From NCBI GenBank assembly GCA_030727685.1, contig JANRBC010000029.1, forward strand, positions 1-38,026: a stretch of DNA of 38,026 nt, given 5' to 3'. The position numbers and the translations under genes were made by a program. The notes below the pieces were generated by a model. That model did no database searches. It was not told the origin of the DNA and saw only the letters and a list, made by a program, of their open reading frames with translations. How positions within the stretch are numbered: position 1 is the first letter of the stretch; each line of letters opens with the position of its first letter. Below are positions 8,604 to 17,097 of this stretch, one piece after another. This DNA comes from Ilumatobacteraceae bacterium. Lineage in GTDB: Bacteria > Actinomycetota > Acidimicrobiia > Acidimicrobiales > Ilumatobacteraceae.

Positions 8604-9272
8604 ATGAGTTCGAAACCTCTACATGTCGCCTGCATTATGGACGGCAACGGCAGATGGGCTCGAAAACGGGGCCTGCCACGAACAGCTGGCCACACCGCAG
8701 GCGAAGAGTCACTCGCCGATGTTGTGCGTGCGGCGTCTAAGCGCGATGTCGCGTATCTGACAGTTTTTGGTTTCTCTACCGAGAACTGGGTGCGCCCGCG
8801 GGCAGAGGTGCGTCATATTCTTGGCCTGCATAAAAAACTTTTCGGCCGCATCGCCGAACTGAATGAAAATAATGTTCGCGTCAATTGGATAGGTCGCCCA
8901 TTCGATGAACCAGGCTCGCGCACGCCCCTATATGTGCAACGAGCAATTCGAAAAGCAATCGACGAAACCAAAACGAATACCGGCATGGTGTTGACGGTGG
9001 CATTTGACTACGGCTCGCGCAGCGAACTAACCAGAGCAGCCAAGCGAATCGTGGCCAACCAAACCGAACTTACACCCGCGAATCTACAGCTCAATCTTTA
9101 CGACGCTTCTTTGCCACCAGTTGACGTACTTGTTCGAACCTCAGGAGAATCTCGAATCTCAAATTTTTTGCTTTGGCAGATAAACGTGGCGAAAATTTAC
9201 TTCACAGACCGACCTTGGCCCGATTTTGACTCCGTCGAACTTGATGCCGCAATTGCATTAGCCAAAAATTAG
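8604..9272 (+). CDS. uppS: Undecaprenyl/decaprenyl-diphosphate synthase (cis-prenyltransferase), lacking the C-terminal RXG motif
   Basis: 222 aa with HVACIMDGNGRWA, AGHTAGEE, FGFSTENW and VRTSGESRISNFLLWQ all intact. The protein ends ...DAAIALAKN* just before the position where RRFG normally occurs. Confidence 0.9.
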   Translation: MSSKPLHVACIMDGNGRWARKRGLPRTAGHTAGEESLADVVRAASKRDVAYLTVFGFSTENWVRPRAEVRHILGLHKKLFGRIAELNENNVRVNWIGRPFDEPGSRTPLYVQRAIRKAIDETKTNTGMVLTVAFDYGSRSELTRAAKRIVANQTELTPANLQLNLYDASLPPVDVLVRTSGESRISNFLLWQINVAKIYFTDRPWPDFDSVELDAAIALAKN

Positions 9273-9306
9273 TTGACAAGATCACAACGACAAACGAGAG
9301 ATTCAA

Positions 9307-11214
9307 GTGCCACTAAACAACGCTGATCAAGAGATTCTCGACGCTTTACGACAGGTAACCACAGAACTCGCTAATGCCGAAGAAAGACAAGGACAAGATG
9401 AGATGGCAGTTCTGGTCGGCCGTGCATTGCGCAAGAATCGACATCTCATCGTTCAAGCAGGCACGGGTACCGGCAAAACTCTGGGTTATTTGGTTCCGGC
9501 GATCATGTCGGGTCGACGTGTCGTCGTATCGACCGTCACAAAGGCGCTTCAGGATCAGCTCTCGCAAAATGATTTGCCACTATTGGCAAAGGCGCTGAAC
9601 CCGACTCTTGATCACAAGTTGACCTGGACAGTTCTTAAGGGTCGCAGCAACTACCTTTGCCGACAACGAATTGCCGAACTCGCCGACCGTGCACAATCTC
9701 GACTCGAACTTGACGATGTTTCTGCACGAACCAAATCAGATGTTAAAAAACTCTGTGAATGGGCCGGCACAACAGAAACTGGCGACGAAGGCGAACTTGA
9801 CTGGCAACCTCAACGCAATGCTTGGTCAATGGTCAGCGTTACAAGCGAAGAGTGCCCTGGCGCATCTCGATGTCCGCATGGTGAAAGTTGTTTTTCTGAA
9901 CGTGCGCGAACAGAGAGTCAATCCTCAGACATCGTCATCGTTAACGGTTGGCTATATGCACTGGATATTGTCACTGAAGGCACGATCATCGGCGAACACG
10001 ATGTCGTAATTTTTGATGAGGCTCACGAACTTGAAGACGTTGTAACTGATTCGGCAGGTCTTGCACTTTCGCCAAGCCGAATCACATCGATTGGTTCGGC
10101 GATGCGATCGATCATCCGCGACGACGCCATGTCAGGTGGCTTTGCAAAGAGCGCCGCCAGATTACGAGATGCACTCGTGCCACACATCAACAAGCGCGTC
10201 GTTTTGCCCTTAGATAACGAATCTCGTGAAACTCTTGTCGAGGTACGCGGTCGTGCGAATGAGGCACTTGATTCATTACGAACTATCGCCACCAACGATG
10301 AATCTGCCAAGCAACGCAAACTACGCGCACAATCTCTATGCACTCGTTTCATCGAAGAAATCGATCTTGCTCTGACTAACCGCAGTGGTTATGTCGCATA
10401 TGTTGCCGGCACACCCGACCGTTGTTCGCTCGAGATGCGACCACTGAATATCGGTGCAACACTGCATGAAGCCGTGTGGTCACAGCGCACAGCCATTTTG
10501 ACCAGTGCGACAATACCCACGAATCTGCCCGAGCGAATTGGGCTTGTACCCGAGAGTTTCGACGCATGCCACGTTGCTAGTCCGTTTGACTATGAAAACA
10601 ACTCGCTTTTGTACTGCGCCTCGCATTTACCTGACCCTGCTCAAGGCCCGCGTGACAAAGCTGTTCATCGCGAAATCGAAGAGTTGATTAATGCTGCAGG
10701 CGGAAGAACTCTGGCTTTGTTCACTAGTTATGCACGCCTCAATGCTGCATACAGCGATCTCGAGAACAAACTTGACTTTAAAGTTTTGAAGCAAGATGAT
10801 TTTCCAAAAATGGAACTTCTGAGAAAATTCGCCGAAGATGAATCAACTTGTTTGTTTGCAACGCAGAGTTTTTTTCAAGGTGTCGACGTGCCAGGGCAAA
10901 CTCTCAGTCTCGTAATTATTGATCGTCTGCCGTTTCCTGTTCCGACTGATCCGTTGATGAGTGCGCGACGTGACGCCTACGGTAAGTCGGCGTTTACAGC
11001 GATCGACATACCGATTGCCGCAACCAAATTGGCACAAGCTGCAGGTCGACTGATTCGAACACAAACTGATCTCGGTGTCGTCGCAGTGCTTGACCCTCGA
11101 CTCGTCACAAAGGGTTACGGCAAATCAATCATCGAAATGTTGCCCCCAATGGAATTCACTAACAAACCAGAGCGTGCAAAAGAATTTTTAAGTTACGCAG
11201 TTAAAAGTCGATAA
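9307..11214 (+). CDS. dinG: ATP-dependent DinG/Rad3-family helicase with a putative 4Fe-4S cluster
   Basis: 635 aa. Walker A VQAGTGTGKTLGYLVP, DEAH box FDEAHELED, Cys cluster (YLCRQ...EECPGASRCPHGESCF), and C-terminal motifs ATQSFFQGVDVPG and QAAGRLIR. Confidence 0.88.
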   Translation: MPLNNADQEILDALRQVTTELANAEERQGQDEMAVLVGRALRKNRHLIVQAGTGTGKTLGYLVPAIMSGRRVVVSTVTKALQDQLSQNDLPLLAKALNPTLDHKLTWTVLKGRSNYLCRQRIAELADRAQSRLELDDVSARTKSDVKKLCEWAGTTETGDEGELDWQPQRNAWSMVSVTSEECPGASRCPHGESCFSERARTESQSSDIVIVNGWLYALDIVTEGTIIGEHDVVIFDEAHELEDVVTDSAGLALSPSRITSIGSAMRSIIRDDAMSGGFAKSAARLRDALVPHINKRVVLPLDNESRETLVEVRGRANEALDSLRTIATNDESAKQRKLRAQSLCTRFIEEIDLALTNRSGYVAYVAGTPDRCSLEMRPLNIGATLHEAVWSQRTAILTSATIPTNLPERIGLVPESFDACHVASPFDYENNSLLYCASHLPDPAQGPRDKAVHREIEELINAAGGRTLALFTSYARLNAAYSDLENKLDFKVLKQDDFPKMELLRKFAEDESTCLFATQSFFQGVDVPGQTLSLVIIDRLPFPVPTDPLMSARRDAYGKSAFTAIDIPIAATKLAQAAGRLIRTQTDLGVVAVLDPRLVTKGYGKSIIEMLPPMEFTNKPERAKEFLSYAVKSR

Positions 11215-11882
11215 CCCATTCCTCGAACTGTCGCAATTATTTTTGGCTCATCGGGGACATCTTCTATCTTCAATCGCAAGCGCCTGATATGTGCATCCAC
11301 AAGCCGACTGTCCCCGAGATATTCGTAACCCCACACAAGTTCAAGCAACTGGTCGCGCGACAGAACTTTGTTCGCATTTTCCATGAATATATGCAAAAGT
11401 CGATATTCGGTTTTTGTGAGCGGAAGCTCGACTCCTGCCTTTAAAACGATCCCTTGATCGCTGCGCATCTCAACATCACGCACCGTGAAGCGTTCGATCG
11501 TTGCCGAATTTGTCGACAACAGAGTTGTTCGACGCAGCGCTGCGCGAATTCGTGCCGCGAGTTCTTTTGCCACGACTGGTTTTGTCACATAGTCGTCGGC
11601 GCCGGCCTCGAGACCAGCGACTAAATCGTGAGTGTCAGTTTGTGCGGTGACCATAATTATCGGTACCAGACTTTTGCTTCGCAGTTCGCGGCAAACATCG
11701 AAACCCGACATGTCCGGCAATCTCAAATCAAGCAACACAAGGTCAACAGTCTCAGACGCAAAAGTATTTAAGCCCGATTGCCCATCAGGTGATTCGAGAA
11801 CCTTGTAACCCTCATCTTCGAGTGCAAGCCGCAATGCTGCGCGAATGGCGCGGTCATCTTCTATAAAAAGCAAAGTCTGCAC
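11193..11882 (-). CDS. OmpR/PhoB-family response regulator (MtrA-like)
   Basis: 229 aa. Receiver domain DLVLLDLRLPDMSG, VTAQTDTHDLVAGLEAGADDYVTKP (close to the MtrA pattern), and a winged-helix C-terminus VRGMGYRL. The 3' end overlaps dinG by 22 nt. Confidence 0.88.
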   Translation of the reverse strand: MQTLLFIEDDRAIRAALRLALEDEGYKVLESPDGQSGLNTFASETVDLVLLDLRLPDMSGFDVCRELRSKSLVPIIMVTAQTDTHDLVAGLEAGADDYVTKPVVAKELAARIRAALRRTTLLSTNSATIERFTVRDVEMRSDQGIVLKAGVELPLTKTEYRLLHIFMENANKVLSRDQLLELVWGYEYLGDSRLVDAHIRRLRLKIEDVPDEPKIIATVRGMGYRLLTA

Positions 11883-11977
11883 GGTGCTCTATTCTGCCCT
11901 GAAGTTCAATTTTGTTACCAGAAAGTCACAGATTTATCGGGGTTCCGTCAAACAGGCCAAGCAGTATTGGGTTGTCA

Positions 11978-12018
11978 CACCGGCGGGAAGTCTTGCTCCC
12001 CCTTGACTCCCGCCGGTG
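11978..12018. other. GC-rich imperfect hairpin in the regulator/kinase divergent intergenic region
   Basis: CACCGGCGGGA(A)GTC pairs with GAC-TCCCGCCGGTG: 14 bp with one bulged A and the 12-nt loop TTGCTCCCCCTT. The loop C5 run is complementary to the G run at 12018-12022. Confidence 0.5.
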
Positions 12019-12050
12019 GGGGTTGACGAAATTCCCGCAATGCTTGAGGT

Positions 12051-13508
12051 GTGCAAGGCCGATCTGAAACACCTAGCTCAGACCGAAGAAACGTGTTTTC
12101 ACGTTTAGGCGTGTTCAGACACAACCTTCGTGGTCTTCGCGGACGCATGGTGCTTTATTTCAGTCTCAGCGCATTTGCAGCGGCCGTCTCCTTGAGCATC
12201 GTCACTTACGCATCAACGAGGGCATACCTACTTGATCAACGGTCTGAACTTGCGACGAGTCAAGCCATTAATAACGCACAACTATTGCGAACACTCGTCG
12301 GCGTTAACCCACAAGATGCCGGCGACATTGTTACCAACATTCGCACCGAGGCCGGCGGCTACGCAATTCTTTATTTAAATGATGAAGATTCATTTTTTGC
12401 ACAAGAGCCACTGCGTTTCACACAATCGAATTTACCGACTGATTTATTGACAAGAACTCTCGGTGGTAAAAGTTCTCGACAACGCTTTGAATTTAATGGT
12501 GAGCCGTACGAAGCGCTCGGCATTTCAATCTCGGCGATTTCCGGACACTACTTTGAGGCGTTTCCGTTAACTGACGTTGAGCGCACGCTTAATACGATTC
12601 GAACAACGCTCACTTTCGGCATCATCTTGATCACACTTGCCGGCGGCATCTTTGGTTTTTCAAGCAGCAGCAGCGTGCTGAGACCGTTGCGCAGAGTCGC
12701 ATCAGTTGCGACCGATATCGCATCTGGTGGTTTAGATGTGCGTCTCGAAGATGAACGTGACCCCGAACTCTCAAGACTCGCCGACTCGTTTAACAACATG
12801 GTTGACGCCGTGCAAACTCGTATTCAACGAGAAACAAGATTCGCTAGCGACGTGAGTCATGAGCTTCGCTCGCCAATCACCGCACTTGCGGCTTCTGTCG
12901 AAGTGATGCAGAGTCGGCGCGACGACCTAAGTGATCGAAACAAGCAGGCGTTTGACATCATCGCAAGTCAGGTACGTCGCTTCGATCGCACGGTGCTCGA
13001 TTTGCTCGAACTTTCACGTCTGGACGCAGGTGCCGGCAGAACCCAAGAAGAAACCGTCAACCTCGCTGATCTTGTAAAACGAGTTGCGCAACGACATGGT
13101 TTCGCCGAAATTCCGTTTGCAACCAACCTTGACGACTCCGATGAAACTGTTCTCGATAAACGACGAATTGAACGCATCGTTTTGAATCTTCTCGAAAATG
13201 CACGTGATCATGCTGGTGGTGCCACAGCAATCTCGGTTACAGGCGACGAACGAGAACTGCGAATCGCTGTAGAAGATGCTGGCGCAGGTGTCGCCCAAAG
13301 CGAACGTGAAAGAATCTTCGAAAGGTTTGCTCGGGGTACGGCATCTAGAAACAGCACCGGAAGCGGACTTGGACTTGCAATTGTGCAAGAACACGCACGC
13401 GCTCTCGGGGGTAAGGCGTGGGTCGAGATAAGCACCAGCGGAGGCGCAAGGTTCATGGTTTCGATTCTGCGCAGTGGTTCAACCGAGTTAACCAAGCCGA
13501 TGTTATGA
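12051..13508 (+). CDS. Sensor histidine kinase (MtrB-like: 2 TM, HAMP, HisKA, HATPase_c)
   Basis: H-box SHELRSPIT, N-box LLENARDHA, G-boxes EDAGAGV and GSGLGLAIV. The start is uncertain: GTG at 12051, with in-frame alternatives GTG at 12093 and ATG at 12147. Confidence 0.85.
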   Translation: MQGRSETPSSDRRNVFSRLGVFRHNLRGLRGRMVLYFSLSAFAAAVSLSIVTYASTRAYLLDQRSELATSQAINNAQLLRTLVGVNPQDAGDIVTNIRTEAGGYAILYLNDEDSFFAQEPLRFTQSNLPTDLLTRTLGGKSSRQRFEFNGEPYEALGISISAISGHYFEAFPLTDVERTLNTIRTTLTFGIILITLAGGIFGFSSSSSVLRPLRRVASVATDIASGGLDVRLEDERDPELSRLADSFNNMVDAVQTRIQRETRFASDVSHELRSPITALAASVEVMQSRRDDLSDRNKQAFDIIASQVRRFDRTVLDLLELSRLDAGAGRTQEETVNLADLVKRVAQRHGFAEIPFATNLDDSDETVLDKRRIERIVLNLLENARDHAGGATAISVTGDERELRIAVEDAGAGVAQSERERIFERFARGTASRNSTGSGLGLAIVQEHARALGGKAWVEISTSGGARFMVSILRSGSTELTKPML

Positions 13509-14131
13509 AACGAGTCTTCGCTCTTTTACTTGTTGTATCTATCACTGGCTGCGGTGTGCCACGAGCAAGCAAAATCATTGAAATATCTGCGTCAGAATTG
13601 CCACAAGAACTAAATCAACAACCAACAACTACGACTACTTCAACTACGGTCGCCGCAGACGCATCGGTCAAAGAAATTCAACAGCCCACAAGCGAAGTGC
13701 TCTCTGAGCCTGTGGAGCTTTACTACATCAGCGATGGTCGGCTCGTCGCGACTACTCAATCGATTGTTAGCCCGGCGACTATCTCGCAAGTATTGGCCGC
13801 ACTGCTCGCCGGACCACCAACTGGCGACAACGGTCTCGGTTTACGAAGCGCGCTACCCAACGAACTGAATGCCGAGATCAATGTTTCAAAAGGTGTCGCC
13901 CAGATCAACACAATTGCGGAACTCTTGACTGAGCTCTCGCCAATTGATCAGCGTTTAGCCATCGCTCAACTTGTTTTGACTTTCACCCGTCGCCCTGGCG
14001 TCGGCCAGGTAATTTTTACAGTCGACGGACAAAATGTCGCCGTGCCGCGGGGTCGCGGTGATCTTGCCAAACCCGGAGCAACTGTAAGTTTCGACGACTA
14101 CTCTTCGCTAATAGTCGCCCTTGCCGGCTAA
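13505..14131 (+). CDS. Lipoprotein with a single GerMN domain (minimal LpqB-like)
   Basis: I prefer the internal ATG at 13505 (MKRVFALLLVVSITGCGV, with lipobox ITGC), which overlaps the kinase stop (ATGA). A Thr-rich linker QQPTTTTTSTTV is followed by a GerMN-like pattern (LYYISDGRLV...VLAALLAGPP...VDGQNVAVP). Confidence 0.75.
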   Translation: MKRVFALLLVVSITGCGVPRASKIIEISASELPQELNQQPTTTTTSTTVAADASVKEIQQPTSEVLSEPVELYYISDGRLVATTQSIVSPATISQVLAALLAGPPTGDNGLGLRSALPNELNAEINVSKGVAQINTIAELLTELSPIDQRLAIAQLVLTFTRRPGVGQVIFTVDGQNVAVPRGRGDLAKPGATVSFDDYSSLIVALAG

Positions 14132-16200
14132 TTATTTAGTAAACGAAATTCTTTCAGGTCTTTATCGCGACAAGTCGGGTTATCAAACAGGCCGGTTCTA
14201 AGTTTTATTTGCGCGTCAAAAACTTTGTCAAAGATCAAACCAGTCAGAAAGCCATTGGCACGAACAAGCGTCGCTTCAGCGATGCCCTCACCCTTTGAGT
14301 CAATCCTCCAACAATTGCTGAATTCGATTGGCAACAAGATCATTGAACGACCTGGCGACTCGGCAGAAATTGCAAGGTCACCATCTGAAAACTCGAATTT
14401 AACCAAACTTGCAACCACCAAATTTGTCGGTGCATTTCCGTCAACAACTACAGTTTTCGAAGCATCAAATGAATTTTCGTCGATAATTTTAAAAATACTT
14501 GACAATGATTCTGCGCTTTTGACCGAGACTGGTGAGAATGTACCGAGATTCGACTGACCCAAATCAGTTAACACATTTTCATCATCGAGTTCACTAACCA
14601 CGATATTTTCGTCGACAAAAGTTTCGGTTCGTAATTCGAGTGTCTCTTTTGGCACGACAAGATAACGCACACCTGTCATGCGATAGATATCGAAATTCTG
14701 AAAACCAAGTACGAACCGGTTGCGCAATTGTGGAGAATCTTCGTCGAGAAGAAATCTCTCATAAAATTTGAAAGCCAACGGTGTCAAAGTGTGCGAATAC
14801 TCATTTAGAAGTGGAATTCGGCCAGAAATATTCAATGGATAGTCCGGTTCTTGAAGAACATAAGCTACGCGACCGCGAAACTGCTCACCGTCTAGAAGCG
14901 AAACACGGTCAAAAAGTTCGGGTGCCACACTGAGATCATCAAGCGATCGTGGCATTGGTTCTTGAAGTGAGAATCTGAGCGATGTGATCGGCGAGACAAA
15001 CAACGTGACCAGTATCAGTGCAGCCAGAGTTGCGACAAGCAAGTTACTTTTTTGTTTTAGATTGTTGTAAATATTTCTAAAATTTCTTTGAGCGAAGTCC
15101 GAAACTAACGAAGTAATGGCTATTGCATAAATCGGACTAAGCATCCAAATGAAATAACTGATTCGTGGACCACTTTCAAATTGCCAAGTTGATTGCCAGA
15201 TGCGATAAGTCAATAAAAACAGCGCTGCGATAACAGACATTGCCCAAACGTGATTGCGACGTTTTGACACTACGACGCCACGAATTATGAAAATCGAAAG
15301 CATGAAAAAGCAGAGAATTTGAAACACATGATTGCCCTCAGCAGAGGGAGTGGGAAAGAACGCCTCAAAGACAAATTTGTGAATCGGCCAAATCTGTGGC
15401 TGGTTATAAGCACTTAGTGGCAACTCTGATGCGGCTGTGTACCGATAAAAACCATTTAGAAATGTCGGTGCCTTCAGCAAAAGCAAAAGCACCGTTGAAA
15501 ACAACAGCAGTGCAAACTGGCTGATCAAAGCCCGATGCTCTCGCCGAGTAATTGATTTAAACATTGAAGTAGCGCCGACAATTGTCAATAACGGCAGTGA
15601 AGTAACTAAAAGATGTGGCAGGACAGCAAACAGAAACAAAACTGAAAACACGAACCCAGAACCGAACATCAAGTCTCGCACCCGACTTTCAGCGTTGACC
15701 TGCAGAAAGCAAACCAAAATCACTAACGAAACGATTAAGAGCGAAGCATATTGAGGCACATGGCCAAAGAGTTCGTTATCAACCAAGGCCACTGAGTAGC
15801 CCCACAGTGTCGCGATCGAAGTGAAGGCAGCCGCAGAAATACCAGCGAACCAAGAAACGTCAAACGATTCAAATACTTTTTCCGCTAAAACAAAAACAGC
15901 AATCGAAGAAACCAACGCCACCAAGAAGTGGTTATAGGTCGAACTACCAATTGATCCGATCACCGAGACAGGATCAAGCCAAAACAAGAAGCCGCCTTGC
16001 AAGCCGCCAGCACCAAAAAGAAGGTCAGAACGCAAACTGAGGGTCTTTCCAAAGTCTGAAATCTGGTAATTAGACAACATCGCCGATAGTTGGGAATCAC
16101 CACTCATTACATCGGTTCGTCGAGAGAACAGCGAGATATAAATTAATGATGCAAATCCGAACCAAACTGTTGGAATCAACAGTCGCGGTTTGAATTTCAT
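14128..16200 (-). CDS. Large polytopic membrane protein, YfhO-like / GT-C-type putative glycosyltransferase
   Basis: 690 aa with ~11-12 predicted TM segments and a ~280-aa C-terminal soluble domain. The C-terminal LLPIEFSNCWRIDSKG...RANGFLTGLIF resembles the YfhO-family tail (P-Y-D-x-G-W...V-N-G-x-F-x-G). Markedly AT-rich. The start lies 9 nt after the era stop. Confidence 0.55.
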   Translation of the reverse strand: MKFKPRLLIPTVWFGFASLIYISLFSRRTDVMSGDSQLSAMLSNYQISDFGKTLSLRSDLLFGAGGLQGGFLFWLDPVSVIGSIGSSTYNHFLVALVSSIAVFVLAEKVFESFDVSWFAGISAAAFTSIATLWGYSVALVDNELFGHVPQYASLLIVSLVILVCFLQVNAESRVRDLMFGSGFVFSVLFLFAVLPHLLVTSLPLLTIVGATSMFKSITRREHRALISQFALLLFSTVLLLLLKAPTFLNGFYRYTAASELPLSAYNQPQIWPIHKFVFEAFFPTPSAEGNHVFQILCFFMLSIFIIRGVVVSKRRNHVWAMSVIAALFLLTYRIWQSTWQFESGPRISYFIWMLSPIYAIAITSLVSDFAQRNFRNIYNNLKQKSNLLVATLAALILVTLFVSPITSLRFSLQEPMPRSLDDLSVAPELFDRVSLLDGEQFRGRVAYVLQEPDYPLNISGRIPLLNEYSHTLTPLAFKFYERFLLDEDSPQLRNRFVLGFQNFDIYRMTGVRYLVVPKETLELRTETFVDENIVVSELDDENVLTDLGQSNLGTFSPVSVKSAESLSSIFKIIDENSFDASKTVVVDGNAPTNLVVASLVKFEFSDGDLAISAESPGRSMILLPIEFSNCWRIDSKGEGIAEATLVRANGFLTGLIFDKVFDAQIKLRTGLFDNPTCRDKDLKEFRLLNN

Positions 16201-16209
16201 AATAAAAAT

Positions 16210-17049
16210 CTAGTAGCCCAGGCGTTCGACACGATCGGCGCGACGTTGCCAGTCTTTATCGACGACGACAAACAGCTCAAGAAACGCGCCTTCAGGCATT
16301 TGCTTGCGCACCTCGATGCCGACCGACTTGAGAACACTGCCCGACTTGCCGATGACCATTCCTTTTTGACTTTCTCGCTCGACGACTATCTCGCAACGCA
16401 CTCGTGGCCACTCCCATTCGGTGACGCGTGTGGCGATTGAATACGGCAACTCGTCTCTGGTGACGGCCAACAATTGTTCTCGCACAAGCTCTGCCACCCA
16501 CTGCGCCTGAGGCGTTTCAGATGTCATCTCAGGCGGATACATCGCTTGACCAAGTGGTGCACGCTTGACAAGTTCGGCAACTAACTGGTCGACGCCTTCT
16601 CCAGTTTTAGCAGACAGCGGAAAATACTCGGCAGCGCCTAACGACGAAATCGCACTCAATTGAGCAAGCAATTTGGCTGGCGACACTGCATCAATTTTAT
16701 TGATTACGACGATTGCATTTTTGATATTGAGTTGCTCACTAACCCACTGGTCTCCGGTGCCAAATGTTTGCGTCGCGTCAATCAACAGACACACAATGTC
16801 AACATCCCTCATCGACTCAAGCGCTGTCGCGTTGACTCGCTCGCCTAATGCGGTTGTTGCTTTGTGTAATCCAGGTGTGTCAACAAAAACCAACTGAGTG
16901 TCGTCTTTGTTTAAAATGCCCCGTACGCGAGTTCGTGTGGTTTGTGGCTTGTTTGAGACGATGCTGACTTTCTTGCCAACCAAAGCATTGATCAACGTTG
17001 ACTTGCCAACATTGGGCCGACCTACTAACGAAACAAAGGCGCTACGCAC
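16210..17049 (-). CDS. era: GTPase Era
   Basis: 279 aa. G1 GRPNVGKSTL, G3 DTPG, G4 NKID, and a C-terminal KH domain (VERESQKGMVIGKSGSVLK). GTG start. Confidence 0.93.
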   Translation of the reverse strand: MRSAFVSLVGRPNVGKSTLINALVGKKVSIVSNKPQTTRTRVRGILNKDDTQLVFVDTPGLHKATTALGERVNATALESMRDVDIVCLLIDATQTFGTGDQWVSEQLNIKNAIVVINKIDAVSPAKLLAQLSAISSLGAAEYFPLSAKTGEGVDQLVAELVKRAPLGQAMYPPEMTSETPQAQWVAELVREQLLAVTRDELPYSIATRVTEWEWPRVRCEIVVERESQKGMVIGKSGSVLKSVGIEVRKQMPEGAFLELFVVVDKDWQRRADRVERLGY

Positions 17050-17097
17050 GAAAGAAGGCTACCGAGACGAGATGGTTTGATCTGCCACAATTGACTA

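Noticed and set aside
9260-9306. A possible frameshift that would restore an RXG-like tail to uppS. The +1 frame after the stop region reads ..TTTNERFKCH.
   Set aside because: That frame gives R-F-K rather than R-x-G, the spacing from the last conserved helix is too long, and it ends after a few codons at the dinG start. It is probably coincidental, though re-sequencing or orthologue comparison would settle it.
9307-11214. The DinG helicase as a possible phage-defence component. DinG-like helicases occur in type IV CRISPR and other defence systems.
   Set aside because: No nuclease, Cas, methyltransferase or other defence partners are adjacent. The gene sits among housekeeping genes (uppS, two-component system) and has the ordinary FeS-cluster DinG architecture.
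13418-13504. An upstream extension of the lipoprotein ORF that overlaps the kinase 3' end by 91 nt.
   Set aside because: The internal ATG at 13505 gives a textbook lipoprotein signal peptide with a lipobox and an ATGA overlap with the kinase stop. The extension (MGRDKHQRRRKVHG...) is the out-of-frame kinase C-terminus.
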